This document shows, in pieces, positions 1 to 9,572 of a stretch of 64,000 bases of DNA; within the stretch, counting starts at the first letter, position 1, and the number at the start of each line of letters is the position of its first letter. This DNA comes from Deferrisomatales bacterium (GTDB taxonomy: Bacteria > Desulfobacterota > Deferrisomatia > Deferrisomatales > JACRMM01). The translations under genes and the position numbers were made by a program. The notes beneath the pieces are model-generated. The model saw nothing but the letters and a program-made list of their open reading frames with translations, did no database searches and was not told the origin of the DNA. The DNA lies in NCBI GenBank assembly GCA_033551855.1, contig JAWSUI010000007.1, positions 33,553-97,552 on the forward strand, written 5' to 3'.

Positions 1-1
1 G

Positions 2-361
2 TCGATCGTCCGGGCGGCTCGATCCGTGCTGGAGGGCCGCCCTTATTTGAGCCAGAAGCTCACGGCCGCGCTGATCGGAAGGTTCGTGGGCGCGGGTACG
101 CCCCAGGGACCCGCGCCCGAGGCGTCGCCCCACGAACGGCTTACGAGCCGGGAGCTCGAGGTGTTGCAGATGATCGGGCAGGGGCTGACCACGGGCGAGA
201 TCGCCGGCCGCCTCGCCATCAGCGTCAAGACCGTGGGCACCCACCGGGAAAAGCTCAAGGAGAAGCTCAACCTCAAGACCGCCAGCGAGCTGAACCGCTA
301 CGCCACCCTCTGGCACAACGCCGGGGGGGCCCGCCCCAAGGCCGATCCCTCGGATCGGTGA
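2..361 (+). CDS. NarL/LuxR-family response regulator, C-terminal part (5' end outside the window)
   Basis: LuxR HTH signature LTSRELEVLQMIGQGLTTGEIAGRLAISVKTVGTHREKLKEKL; the frame is open back to base 2. Confidence 0.9.
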   Translation, partial: SIVRAARSVLEGRPYLSQKLTAALIGRFVGAGTPQGPAPEASPHERLTSRELEVLQMIGQGLTTGEIAGRLAISVKTVGTHREKLKEKLNLKTASELNRYATLWHNAGGARPKADPSDR

Positions 362-614
362 TTCACCTACCCCAGCATCCTCCCTCCGCTGAGCGTACAA
401 ACGGGGCGGCGCCGATTGTGGCAGCCGCCCCCGGCGCCTAACATCCCAAACACAGCAAATGGCGTTCTGAAAACTCGGCGAAGGCCGGGCGGACGGTACG
501 CCTGCCCCCGGGACTTTCCGGAGCAGTTTCCCCAAGGGGGGCTGCGAAGACCCGGCCCCACCCAGCAGCGCCCTGCGAGCGGCAACAGCGTCTCCACAAC
601 AGGAGGGAACGAGG

Positions 615-2183
615 ATGACAACGACACTGGATCTGCCCGAACGCTTCAACGCCGCCGACCACTTCATCGATCGCAACGTGCGGGCCGGCCGGGGGCAGAA
701 GGTCGCGGTCCTCTGCGAGGACCGTTCCCTCACCTACGAACAGGTCCAGGCCGGCGTGAACCGCTTCGGGAACGCTCTGCGGTCCTTCGGGGTTCGCATG
801 GAAGAGCGGGTGGCCCTGCTCCTCCTCGACACGGAGGTCTATCCCCAGGCCTTCTTCGGGGCCATCAAGATCGGGGCCGTTCCCGTCTGCCTGAACACCC
901 TCCTGCGCCCCAAGGACTACCAGTACATGCTCAACGACAGCCGGGCCCGGGTGCTGGTGATCGACGCCGGCCTCCTGGAGTGCATCGAGCCCATTCGCGG
1001 CGCCCTGCAGTTCGTCGAGGCGGTGATCGTGGCCAACGGTGCCGCCCCGGCGGGCGACCGCAACCTGGCCGACGTCGTGGCCTCCCAGCCGGCACACCTC
1101 GACGCGGCGCCGACCACTCCGGACGACGCGTGCTTCTGGCTCTACAGCTCGGGGTCCACCGGAGACCCGAAGGGAACCGTGCACCGCCAGCGGGACATGG
1201 TGTTCGCCGCCGAGACCTACGGGAAGAAGGTTCTGGGCATCCAGCCGGAGGACGTGTGCTTCTCCGCCGCCAAGCTCTTCTTCGCCTACGGCCTGGGCAA
1301 CGGCCTGTACTTCCCCTTCAGCGTGGGGGCCACCGCGGTCTACCTGCCGGGCCGTCCCACCCCCGCGGCCGTCTACGAGACGATCCGGCACCACCGGCCC
1401 ACCCTGTACTTCGGCGTGCCCACCCTCTACGGCTATCTCCTCGAGGAGCCCGGCGACCTGGAGGGCGTGCGCCTGTGCGTCTCGGCCGGCGAGGCCCTCC
1501 CGGCGGACATCCTGAAGCGCTGGCGCGACCGCTTCGGCCTGGACATCCTGGACGGCATCGGTTCCACCGAGATGGCCCACATCTTCCTCTCCAACCGCCC
1601 CGGAGAGATCCGGCCCGGCTGCACCGGCCGCGTGGTCCCCGGCTACGAGGCCCGGATCGTGGACGAGAACCTCCGCGACGTGCCCGACGGTGAAGTGGGC
1701 ACCCTCCTGGTGAAGGGGGAGAGCTCGGCCGCCTACTACTGGAACAAGCGCGAAAAGACCCAGCAGACCATGCTCGGCGCCTGGCTCAACACCGGTGACA
1801 AGTTCTTTCGGGACGAGGAGGGGTTCTACTACTACGCGGGCCGAACCGACGACATGCTCAAGGTTGGGGGGATCTGGGTTTCACCCGTCGAGGTGGAAGG
1901 CGCGATCATCTCCCACCCCGCCGTCCTGGAGTGCGCCGTCGTCTCCGCAGTGGACGAAGAAGACCTGGTCAAGCCCAAGGCGTACGTGGTGCTCCAACCG
2001 GGTCGCGAGGCGTCGCCGGCCGTGGAGAGGGATATCAAGGAGTACGTGAAGAAGTCCCTGGCGCACTACAAGTACCCCCGGTGGATCGAGTTCGTGGGGG
2101 ACCTTCCGAAGACGGCGACCGGGAAGCTCAAGCGCTTCGAACTGAGGGACCGCACGTCCGAGCAGGAGGCCGCGGCCGCCTGA
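615..2183 (+). CDS. Benzoate-CoA ligase family aryl-CoA ligase
   Basis: FWLYSSGSTG P-loop, AAKLFFAYGLGN, DGIGSTEMAHIF and LPKTATGK motifs; RBS AGGAGG upstream. Confidence 0.9.
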   Translation: MTTTLDLPERFNAADHFIDRNVRAGRGQKVAVLCEDRSLTYEQVQAGVNRFGNALRSFGVRMEERVALLLLDTEVYPQAFFGAIKIGAVPVCLNTLLRPKDYQYMLNDSRARVLVIDAGLLECIEPIRGALQFVEAVIVANGAAPAGDRNLADVVASQPAHLDAAPTTPDDACFWLYSSGSTGDPKGTVHRQRDMVFAAETYGKKVLGIQPEDVCFSAAKLFFAYGLGNGLYFPFSVGATAVYLPGRPTPAAVYETIRHHRPTLYFGVPTLYGYLLEEPGDLEGVRLCVSAGEALPADILKRWRDRFGLDILDGIGSTEMAHIFLSNRPGEIRPGCTGRVVPGYEARIVDENLRDVPDGEVGTLLVKGESSAAYYWNKREKTQQTMLGAWLNTGDKFFRDEEGFYYYAGRTDDMLKVGGIWVSPVEVEGAIISHPAVLECAVVSAVDEEDLVKPKAYVVLQPGREASPAVERDIKEYVKKSLAHYKYPRWIEFVGDLPKTATGKLKRFELRDRTSEQEAAAA

Positions 2184-2238
2184 AAAACGCCCGGGGCGCC
2201 GTCTGGCGGCGCCCCCTGCCCCGAGCACAGGAGACGAT

Positions 2239-2556
2239 GTGAAGACGAAACCGCAATCCTCGTGGCGTGGCCTCTTCCTGCTGGCCTTCGCCGTCCTGAC
2301 CCTGATGACCTGGTCCCCCCTGGGGTATGGGAGCTACGGCCCCCCCCAGAGGGTCTTCGGCGTGCCCGACTGGGTCGTCATCGCGCTTGCCGCAGGGGTG
2401 GTGCTCTTCGTGCTCCAGTGGATCTACCTCTTCCACAGCGGCCTCGCCCTGGGGGACGAGGACATGGAAAGAATCCTGTCCCGGCTGAAGGAGGACCAGG
2501 CAAGGGAACGGGCTGCCGCCCTCCAGGTAGTCGAGCGAGAGGCGGTGAACTCATGA
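2239..2556 (+). CDS. Small two-TM membrane protein, probable accessory subunit of the downstream symporter
   Basis: Two hydrophobic segments, RBS AGGAG, stop overlaps the symporter ATG (ATGA). Confidence 0.7.
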   Translation: MKTKPQSSWRGLFLLAFAVLTLMTWSPLGYGSYGPPQRVFGVPDWVVIALAAGVVLFVLQWIYLFHSGLALGDEDMERILSRLKEDQARERAAALQVVEREAVNS

Positions 2557-4040
2557 TGGCCTTTCTCATCATCATCACCCTGTGCCTCGTCTCCGCCTTC
2601 GCGGGGTACCTGGCCTACCGCCGGGGGTTCACCCGCACCGCGGACGACTACTTCGTCGCCGGCTCGAGCCTGGGGTATTTCGTGCTGATCTTCAGCCTGC
2701 TGGCCTCGTTCCTCAGCGCGTTCTCCATGTTCGGGATGTCGAGTCTGGGGTACCGCACGGGCTTCGTGGCGCTCTTCGTGCTGTGCATCAATCTCGTGCC
2801 CCTGGGATATCTCTGGTACTTCATCCACCGGAAGACCTTCCTCCTGGGCAAGGCCCGGGGCTGGCAGTCGATGGGAGCCCCCTTCGGGGAGCGCTACGGC
2901 ACCGGGATGCGCCTGCTTATCCCCGTGGTGACGATCCTCGCCTCGATCCCCTATCTCGTCGCCCAGATCCAGGGCATCGGCGTCATGATCGAGGCCATGA
3001 CCGAGGGGCTTCTCCCCTACGGTTCCGGCCTGGTGTTCGTCCCCGCCTTCATCGCCCTGTATCTCATCATGGGCGGCATGAAGGGGGCGGCCTGGGCCAA
3101 CACCATCCAGGGAATCTTCTTCTCCCTCATGGTCTTCGTGCTGTTCTTCGTGGTGATGGCGAAGAACGGGGGCTTCCTGGCCACCATGGACCTCGTCTTC
3201 GCGAAGCACCCCGAGCTCTTCGAGCTGGGGGCCAAGGGCGGCAAGGTGTGGAGCCTGCCCATGATCTTCGGTTTCGCCTCCGCCATGTGCCTGGGGTGCA
3301 TCTGCTTCCCCCAGCCCTACATGCACGCCTACTCCAGCCGCTCTCCCAACGGCTTCAAGGCGATGGTGCTGTCCTTCGGCGGCCTGTGCATCGTCCTGAT
3401 CACCGCGACCACCCTAGTGGGCATCGCGTCCACCATCCTGGTTCCGGGCCTCATCGGCCTGGAAGCCGACAAGGTCTACGGGCTCACGGCCCGCCAGGTG
3501 CTACCCGACGCCCTGGCGGCCCTGGCGGTAGCGGGTGGGTTCACGGCGGCGATGTCCACGGTGAACGGGCTCGTCTTCGGCAACGCCATGAACATCGCCA
3601 ACGACATGTACCGGTACTTCCGGCCCGCGGCCAAACCCGAGCACTTGGTGGGCATCGCGCGGTGGGCGGTGGCGGGGCTCCTGCTGATCTCGGTGATCAT
3701 CGCGTGGAACCCGACGACCCCCGTGGCCGAGCTCTCGGTCATGGCCTTCGGGCTGATCGCGGTGACCCTGTTCCCCCTCTTGGGCGCCTACTTCTGGCAG
3801 CGGGCCACCCGCTGGGGCGCCATGGCCTCCACGGTGATCGGGGTGGGCCTGAACCTGGCCTTTTTCTTCGGCGCCGGTTCCCGGGCAGTGCTCAACCCGC
3901 TGCCCGCCTTCTGGAACCTCAACGGCTTCCTGGTCGCCTTCATCGGCGCCGGGGTGGCGTTCGTGGTCGTGAGCATGCTGACCCGCCCGGGGGAAGTGGA
4001 GAGGAACAGCCTGCCGGTCTTCTTCCACCCCGCCCTGTAG
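2553..4040 (+). CDS. Sodium:solute symporter (SSS; PanF/PutP-like)
   Basis: DDYFVAGSSLG, GGMKGAAWANTIQG and AAMST motifs, many TM helices; start re-picked at the ATGA overlap. Confidence 0.9.
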   Translation: MMAFLIIITLCLVSAFAGYLAYRRGFTRTADDYFVAGSSLGYFVLIFSLLASFLSAFSMFGMSSLGYRTGFVALFVLCINLVPLGYLWYFIHRKTFLLGKARGWQSMGAPFGERYGTGMRLLIPVVTILASIPYLVAQIQGIGVMIEAMTEGLLPYGSGLVFVPAFIALYLIMGGMKGAAWANTIQGIFFSLMVFVLFFVVMAKNGGFLATMDLVFAKHPELFELGAKGGKVWSLPMIFGFASAMCLGCICFPQPYMHAYSSRSPNGFKAMVLSFGGLCIVLITATTLVGIASTILVPGLIGLEADKVYGLTARQVLPDALAALAVAGGFTAAMSTVNGLVFGNAMNIANDMYRYFRPAAKPEHLVGIARWAVAGLLLISVIIAWNPTTPVAELSVMAFGLIAVTLFPLLGAYFWQRATRWGAMASTVIGVGLNLAFFFGAGSRAVLNPLPAFWNLNGFLVAFIGAGVAFVVVSMLTRPGEVERNSLPVFFHPAL

Positions 4041-4116
4041 CCCCGTGCGGGGGCGCGCCGCTCCCGCCCGCGCCGGCGCAGCGAACGAAGCCGCCCCCCG
4101 TGCACGGGAGGCGGCT

Positions 4117-4974
4117 TCATTCCAGGGGCAACCCCACCCAGAGGTAGTCCGCGTCGTCCGCCGTGACCCCCGCGCGGTCGAGGCGGTTGGGGATCTCGGG
4201 CACCACGATGCGCATGGGAAACGGGGCGATCCGCTGGACCTGGTCGGGGATCCCCCGCTTCCACGCGTGGCCGCTTCCCGCCAGGACCACCACGGTGTGG
4301 TCCGGGTTGTCTTCGAGGAAGCCCACCACGTGCACCGCCATCGCCGTGTCCCACAGGATCTGGGCCTCGCAGAAATTCCGGAAGGCGCGCCCCTCGTGGC
4401 CGTGCATCCCCAGGGCCCGGCGGATGAAGTCCTCGTAGGTCTCGTCGACCTCGCAGCGCACCTCGGGCAACTCCCCGAGCTGCTCCTGGGTCAGGCTCTC
4501 GAACCCGTCCCGGGCCACCTGGCGGATGGTGTGCTGGGGTACGTTGAGACCCACGAGGGGGATCCCGTGTTCCCGGGCGTACAGGAAGATGTCCCGGTAG
4601 TAGACCCACGGCATGCCCCAGTTCTCGTAGTAGATCGGCAGAAACTCCTCCAGGGAGAGGCTGCCCTCGACCCAACGGTCCAGCAGGTGCTGGTTCTCGG
4701 CGCGGAACATCTCCAGCCCCACGGCGACGGGCCGGTCGGCCTCGTGGAAAGCCCGTATGACCTGGATTTGGGCCGCGTGGTGGGACCGCTGGTCGTGGAG
4801 CTCGCCCACGAAGACGAGCCTGGCCCCGGCGAGATCGGGCATGGCTTGGGCCAGGGACAGGCGCGCGCCGTCCGCCACGCGGAGGAGCCCCTCCCACGTC
4901 CCGGTCCGAGGGGTCAGGACCGCGTGCAATACCAGAAGCGCCACCGCGGCGCTTACCCAGGCGTACTTCCTCAC
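4117..4974 (-). CDS. ChaN-family (EreA/ChaN/TIKI superfamily) exported protein
   Basis: N-terminal hydrophobic leader; VFVGELHD...HH..Q, VGLEMF, AQILWD.AMA and LAGSGH motifs. Confidence 0.8.
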   Translation of the reverse strand: MRKYAWVSAAVALLVLHAVLTPRTGTWEGLLRVADGARLSLAQAMPDLAGARLVFVGELHDQRSHHAAQIQVIRAFHEADRPVAVGLEMFRAENQHLLDRWVEGSLSLEEFLPIYYENWGMPWVYYRDIFLYAREHGIPLVGLNVPQHTIRQVARDGFESLTQEQLGELPEVRCEVDETYEDFIRRALGMHGHEGRAFRNFCEAQILWDTAMAVHVVGFLEDNPDHTVVVLAGSGHAWKRGIPDQVQRIAPFPMRIVVPEIPNRLDRAGVTADDADYLWVGLPLE

Positions 4975-5030
4975 GAAGTATCCCTCCTAACGCCGCCCGG
5001 CCCCGGGGTGGCCTCGGTCCCAGCGGCCCC

Positions 5031-5189
5031 CTACAGCTCCGAGAGCCACTCGGCGAGCTTGGCCGCGGCGACCGTGAGCAGGTAGAAGAGCGCGGTCCAG
5101 AAGGCGAGGTGGACCCACCAGCCGAGCCCGCGCCCGCCCAGGGGACCGAGACCCCCGCCACCGGGGGGCAAGGGCGTCTGGGAGCTCAC
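5031..5189 (-). CDS. Small single-TM membrane protein (52 aa)
   Basis: GTG overlaps the kinase stop (GTGA); hydrophobic stretch WWVHLAFWTALFYLLTVAAA. Confidence 0.55.
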   Translation of the reverse strand: MSSQTPLPPGGGGLGPLGGRGLGWWVHLAFWTALFYLLTVAAAKLAEWLSEL

Positions 5190-6199
5190 CGGGTTCCCTC
5201 CTCGCCGGCTTGTCCCCGGTTCCCTCCCACCGGCGCCGGAACCAGCGGGATCTCGGCCCAAAAGCAGCTCCCGCCCCCGGGCTCGTTGCGAGCTCCCACC
5301 CGGCCCCCGTGGAGGGCCACGATCTCACGACAGATGTGGAGCCCGAGCCCGAAACCCTTGGGCTCTCCCGCCCCCCCGGGGCGGCCCCCCGCAAACCGCT
5401 GAAAGAACAGCGGGAGAAGCCCCTCATCGAAACCGGGCCCCCGGTCCGCCACCTCCCAACGGATCACATCCCCCCGGAGGGCAACCCGAATCGAGACCTC
5501 CTTTCCCCGGGGCGAGAACTTGATGGCATTCTGCACGAGGTTTCCCAGGGCCTGCCGCAGGCGCTCGGGGTCGCATTCCGCTCCGGGAAACCCGGGGTCA
5601 AGCTCCAACCGGAGCGCCACCTCCTTCTGGCGGGCCTCCTCCCGGTGCATCTCCACCAGGTCTTGGGCGAGCACTGCGAGACTGACCACCCGCGGCTCCA
5701 GGGAGAGCCGTCCCTCGTCCAGCCGGCGGACGGTGCGCAGATCCTCCACCATGCGGTTCATCGTCCGAACGGCCTGAAGAATCCGGTCCACATACCCCTG
5801 CTGCCGCTCGTTCAGCCCGCCCGCGGCCAGCAGCAGCTGCGAAAACCCCTGGATCGCCACCAACGGGGTGCGAAGGTCGTGAGCCACGATCCCCAGGAGC
5901 TCGTCCTGCTGCCGCTGGAGCCGGGCCAACCGCCCGCCCAGGGCCGAGGCATCATGCCGTATCGAGCGCAGACGGCGGCGGCACTCCTCCAGGGTCTCGG
6001 CCGCGGCGGGCCCTTCCTCCCGGGCGGTTCCTGCCTCCTCTCCCTCTGTCGCCCCTCGTTCGGACAGGCGCTCCAGGAGCGCCGTCAGCAGGGCCTCCAC
6101 CTCACTCCACGCCCCGAGCACCGGTTCGGCCTGCCAGCCGTCACCCTCGTTCTCCCCCGGCACCCCTTCCCCGCACTCTCCTCCCGGCCTCTCGACCAT
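5186..6199 (-). CDS. Cytoplasmic sensor histidine kinase (HisKA + HATPase)
   Basis: H-box AHDLRTPL, N-box NLVQNAIKFS, DRGPG, GFGLGL; RBS AAGGAGG before ATG 6199. Confidence 0.9.
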   Translation of the reverse strand: MVERPGGECGEGVPGENEGDGWQAEPVLGAWSEVEALLTALLERLSERGATEGEEAGTAREEGPAAAETLEECRRRLRSIRHDASALGGRLARLQRQQDELLGIVAHDLRTPLVAIQGFSQLLLAAGGLNERQQGYVDRILQAVRTMNRMVEDLRTVRRLDEGRLSLEPRVVSLAVLAQDLVEMHREEARQKEVALRLELDPGFPGAECDPERLRQALGNLVQNAIKFSPRGKEVSIRVALRGDVIRWEVADRGPGFDEGLLPLFFQRFAGGRPGGAGEPKGFGLGLHICREIVALHGGRVGARNEPGGGSCFWAEIPLVPAPVGGNRGQAGEEGTR

Positions 6200-6269
6200 C
6201 GATCCTCCTTCCCAGACGAGGCAATCTAGCAGAAGTCGCACCCCCGGCAAAGACGGCCGGCCCCTCCCA

Positions 6270-6345
6270 GAATCCACCCTCACGTCCCGGGGCGGGGGCT
6301 GGGAGCCCCGGACAGCAGCCCCGTACCGCATCGACCGACCCGCCG
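6270..6345. repeat. 76-bp intergenic repeat, family A, copy 1
   Basis: Ungapped match to 47094-47169 (61/76 by hand, including a 25-bp identical run AGCAGCCCCGTACCGCATCGACCGA). Confidence 0.85.
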
Positions 6346-6444
6346 GGACTTTCCCCCTCCCCCCCACCGATAGTACCCTGGGCGCGTCCTGTTTCGCAGG
6401 AACCCCTTCCGGGCCCCTGCCCCAACCCACCGCGAGAGACAACC

Positions 6445-9402
6445 ATGGCGGAACTCGGTCTCCACGAGGGCGACAGCCTTCACGGCTTCCACATCCATCG
6501 GATCACCCCCCTCGAAGAGCTCAACGCGACCCTCGCACAGCTCGAGCACGCCCCCACCGGCGCCCGCTGGCTGCACCTGGCCAGCGCCGACGACAACAAC
6601 CTCTTCGCCGTGGGCTTCCGCACGCCGCCCCCTGACTCCACCGGCGCACCCCACATCCTCGAGCACACGGTGCTGTGTGGGTCGCGGAAGTACCCCGTGC
6701 ACGACCCGTTCTTCGCCATGCTTCGGCGCAGCCTGAGCACCTTCATGAACGCCCTCACCGCGGACGACTGGACCCTCTACCCGTTCTCCACCCAGAACCG
6801 GAAGGACTTCTACAACCTGATGGCGGTCTACCTCGACGCGGCCTTCTTTCCCCTGTTGCGGGAGCGGGACTTCCGGCAGGAAGGACACCGGCTGGAGTTC
6901 GCCGACCCGGAGGCCCCGACAACGCCCCTGCAGATCAAAGGGGTCGTCTACAACGAGATGAAGGGCCACATGTCGGACCCCCGCTCCCTGCTGGGAACCC
7001 GGGTGGCCGAGGCGCTCTACCCGACCACCCCCTATGGGAAGAACGCCGGCGGCGAACCCCGCCACATCCCGGACCTCACCTGGGAAGGCCTCAAGGCCTT
7101 CCACGCCGCCTGTTACCACCCCAGCAACGCCTACTTCTTCAGCTATGGAGACCTCCCCCTGGAGCCCCACCTGGCCTTCGCGGCCCGGGAGGTCCTGGGG
7201 GCGTTCGGCCGGATCGACCCGGGCACCGCGGTCGGGGTCGAAGAGCGCTTCTCCAGTCCCCGCAAGGAGTCTGCCGGCTACCCCATCGATGCGGGGGAGC
7301 CGACCGCCGGGAAGGCGATGGTGCAGGTGGCCTGGCTCACCTGTCCCATCACCGACCACACGGAGCGCCTCGGCCTGGACCTCCTCTCGGAGCTCCTCCT
7401 CGGCAACCCGGCGGCGCCGTTGCACAAGGCGCTCCTGGACTCGAAGCTTGGGGCGAACCTCGCGCCGGGGTCGGGGTTCCTGGGGGAGAACCGGGAGACC
7501 CACTTCGCCGCCGGACTCCAGGGGACCGAGCCCGAGCGGACCGAGGCCATCGAGGCGCTGGTCCTCGAGACCCTGGAGGAGGCCTCCCGGACGGGGTTCA
7601 CGCGGGAGCGCATCGAGGGGGCCATCCAGCAGGTGGAGCTCGCCCACCGGGAGGTGCGCGGCGACCACTATCCCTACGCCCTGTCCCTCCTCTCCCGGGT
7701 CATGGGCCCGTGGATCCACGGGGCCGAGCCCGCCGAAGCCCTGCGGGTGGCCGAGAGGCTCGCCGAGATCCGGGGGGCGGTGGCGGCGGGCCCCTATTTC
7801 GAAGAGCTCATTCACCGCCAACTCCTGGAGAACCCCCACCGGGTGACCCTCACCTTGCGGCCGGACCCGGACCTCAAGGCGCGCCAGGAGGCCGAGGAGG
7901 CAGCGCGGGTGGCTGCGGTGCGGGAGCGCCTGTCGGAGGCCGACCGGCAGGAGCTGGTGGAGCGCGCCCGAGAGCTCCGGGAGGCCCAGGAGGCGGAGGA
8001 GGACGTCTCGGTCCTGCCCTCGGTCGGACTCGAGGACATCCCCCGGGAGGAACGCCCCGTCTCCAGCGAGGTGGAGGACCGGGGAGCCGTGTCGCTCGGG
8101 TGGTTCGACCAGCCCACCAACGGCATCGGGTATTTCCTGGCGCACGTGGAGGCGGGCGGCGTCCGCAGCGACCTCTCCCCCTATCTTCCCTTCTTCTGCG
8201 CAGCCCTGCCCCTCGTGGGGGCGGCGGGTCAGCCCTACACGGCCATCGCCGAACGCATCGCCGCCGCCACCGGGGGGGTCGGCGCCGGGGTCGGGGTCCT
8301 CGACAACCCCGAGGGGGGGGGGGTCCGGGCCGTGCTGGAGGTTACCGGCAAGGCCCTCGTGCCGAATCTGGACAAGCTGTACGGAATCCTCGCGGACCTC
8401 CTTGGCTCCGCGGACTTCACGGACCGGGAGCGCCTCCACACCATCCTCAACCAGCTCCGGGTCAACCTGGAGAACTCGCTCCCCGCCATGGGGCATCGTT
8501 ACGCCGCCCGGGCGGCGGCCGCCACCCTAACCCCCGGAGCCCAGCTCCGAGAGAGCTGGTCCGGGGTGGAGTACATCCGCTTCGTCCGCGGGCTCGCCGG
8601 GAAGCGCCCGGAGGAGCTCGGACCCGCGGCAGGACAGCTCGCGGCCATCGCCGGCGCCCTGCCGTGCCGGGAGCGAATGGCCTGCGCCGTGACGGGCGAG
8701 GCGCGCGCGTTCCCGCAGGCCCGGGAAGCAGTCGCGCCCTTTCTCTCCGCCCTCCGGACCGGGAGCCCTCCCGCCCAGCCCGGTCCCCCGGCGCCCTGGC
8801 AGGAATCCCCCGCCCGCCTGGGCCTGGCGGCCTCCCTGCCGGTTTCCTACGTGGCGCGGGTCTTCCGAGGGGTCCCCTACACCCATCCCGATGCCCCCGG
8901 CTTGACGGTGCTCGCCAAGCTCCTCAAGGCGGGCTACCTCCACCGGGAGATCCGGGAGCGGGGGGGTGCCTACGGCGGGATGGCCGGGTACGCCCCGGAG
9001 GCCGGCCTCTTCTCCCTCCTCTCTTACCGCGACCCCCACGTGGTGCGCACCCTGAGGGTGTTCGCCGACGCCGCCCGGTGGGCCGCCGCAGGCCGCTTCA
9101 GCGCCCAGGATGTCAAGGAGGCCGTGCTCGGCGTGTTCAGCGACCTGGACACCCCGCTCTCCCCCGCGGGAAAGGCGGCCCGGGAGTTCGCAAACCAGCG
9201 CCAGGGGCTGAGCCGGGAATTGCGCCAGAGATTCCGGGAGGGCTTGCTGGCCGCGTCCTCCCAGGGCCTCTCGTCCCTGGCGGAGCGGTACCTGGTGGCC
9301 GGGCGGCCGGGAAGCGCCGTGGCCGTTCTGGCAGGAGAAGAAGCCCTCCAGCGGGCCAACGAGGAGCTCGGGGACGAGGCACTGGAGATCCGGCGGGTGT
9401 GA
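6445..9402 (+). CDS. M16C (presequence protease/insulinase-like) zinc metallopeptidase
   Basis: Inverted zincin motif HILEH in STGAPHILEHTVLCGSRKYPV; GVVYNEMKG; IRERGGAYG; SYRDP. Confidence 0.93.
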   Translation: MAELGLHEGDSLHGFHIHRITPLEELNATLAQLEHAPTGARWLHLASADDNNLFAVGFRTPPPDSTGAPHILEHTVLCGSRKYPVHDPFFAMLRRSLSTFMNALTADDWTLYPFSTQNRKDFYNLMAVYLDAAFFPLLRERDFRQEGHRLEFADPEAPTTPLQIKGVVYNEMKGHMSDPRSLLGTRVAEALYPTTPYGKNAGGEPRHIPDLTWEGLKAFHAACYHPSNAYFFSYGDLPLEPHLAFAAREVLGAFGRIDPGTAVGVEERFSSPRKESAGYPIDAGEPTAGKAMVQVAWLTCPITDHTERLGLDLLSELLLGNPAAPLHKALLDSKLGANLAPGSGFLGENRETHFAAGLQGTEPERTEAIEALVLETLEEASRTGFTRERIEGAIQQVELAHREVRGDHYPYALSLLSRVMGPWIHGAEPAEALRVAERLAEIRGAVAAGPYFEELIHRQLLENPHRVTLTLRPDPDLKARQEAEEAARVAAVRERLSEADRQELVERARELREAQEAEEDVSVLPSVGLEDIPREERPVSSEVEDRGAVSLGWFDQPTNGIGYFLAHVEAGGVRSDLSPYLPFFCAALPLVGAAGQPYTAIAERIAAATGGVGAGVGVLDNPEGGGVRAVLEVTGKALVPNLDKLYGILADLLGSADFTDRERLHTILNQLRVNLENSLPAMGHRYAARAAAATLTPGAQLRESWSGVEYIRFVRGLAGKRPEELGPAAGQLAAIAGALPCRERMACAVTGEARAFPQAREAVAPFLSALRTGSPPAQPGPPAPWQESPARLGLAASLPVSYVARVFRGVPYTHPDAPGLTVLAKLLKAGYLHREIRERGGAYGGMAGYAPEAGLFSLLSYRDPHVVRTLRVFADAARWAAAGRFSAQDVKEAVLGVFSDLDTPLSPAGKAAREFANQRQGLSRELRQRFREGLLAASSQGLSSLAERYLVAGRPGSAVAVLAGEEALQRANEELGDEALEIRRV

Positions 9403-9572
9403 CGGGACGGACGGGTCCCCCACGTCGCCTAGGCCAGGGCAGGACCCTCCTAACCTCGGAGGGCGATTGGCCGGTCTTAGGAGAGACCTCTGTGTGCAAC
9501 CGCGGTTCGAGGCGCGAGTCGGGCAGCAGCAACCGTCGCGATCGCCTGGGTTCTCGTCTGGACCGGGACGGC

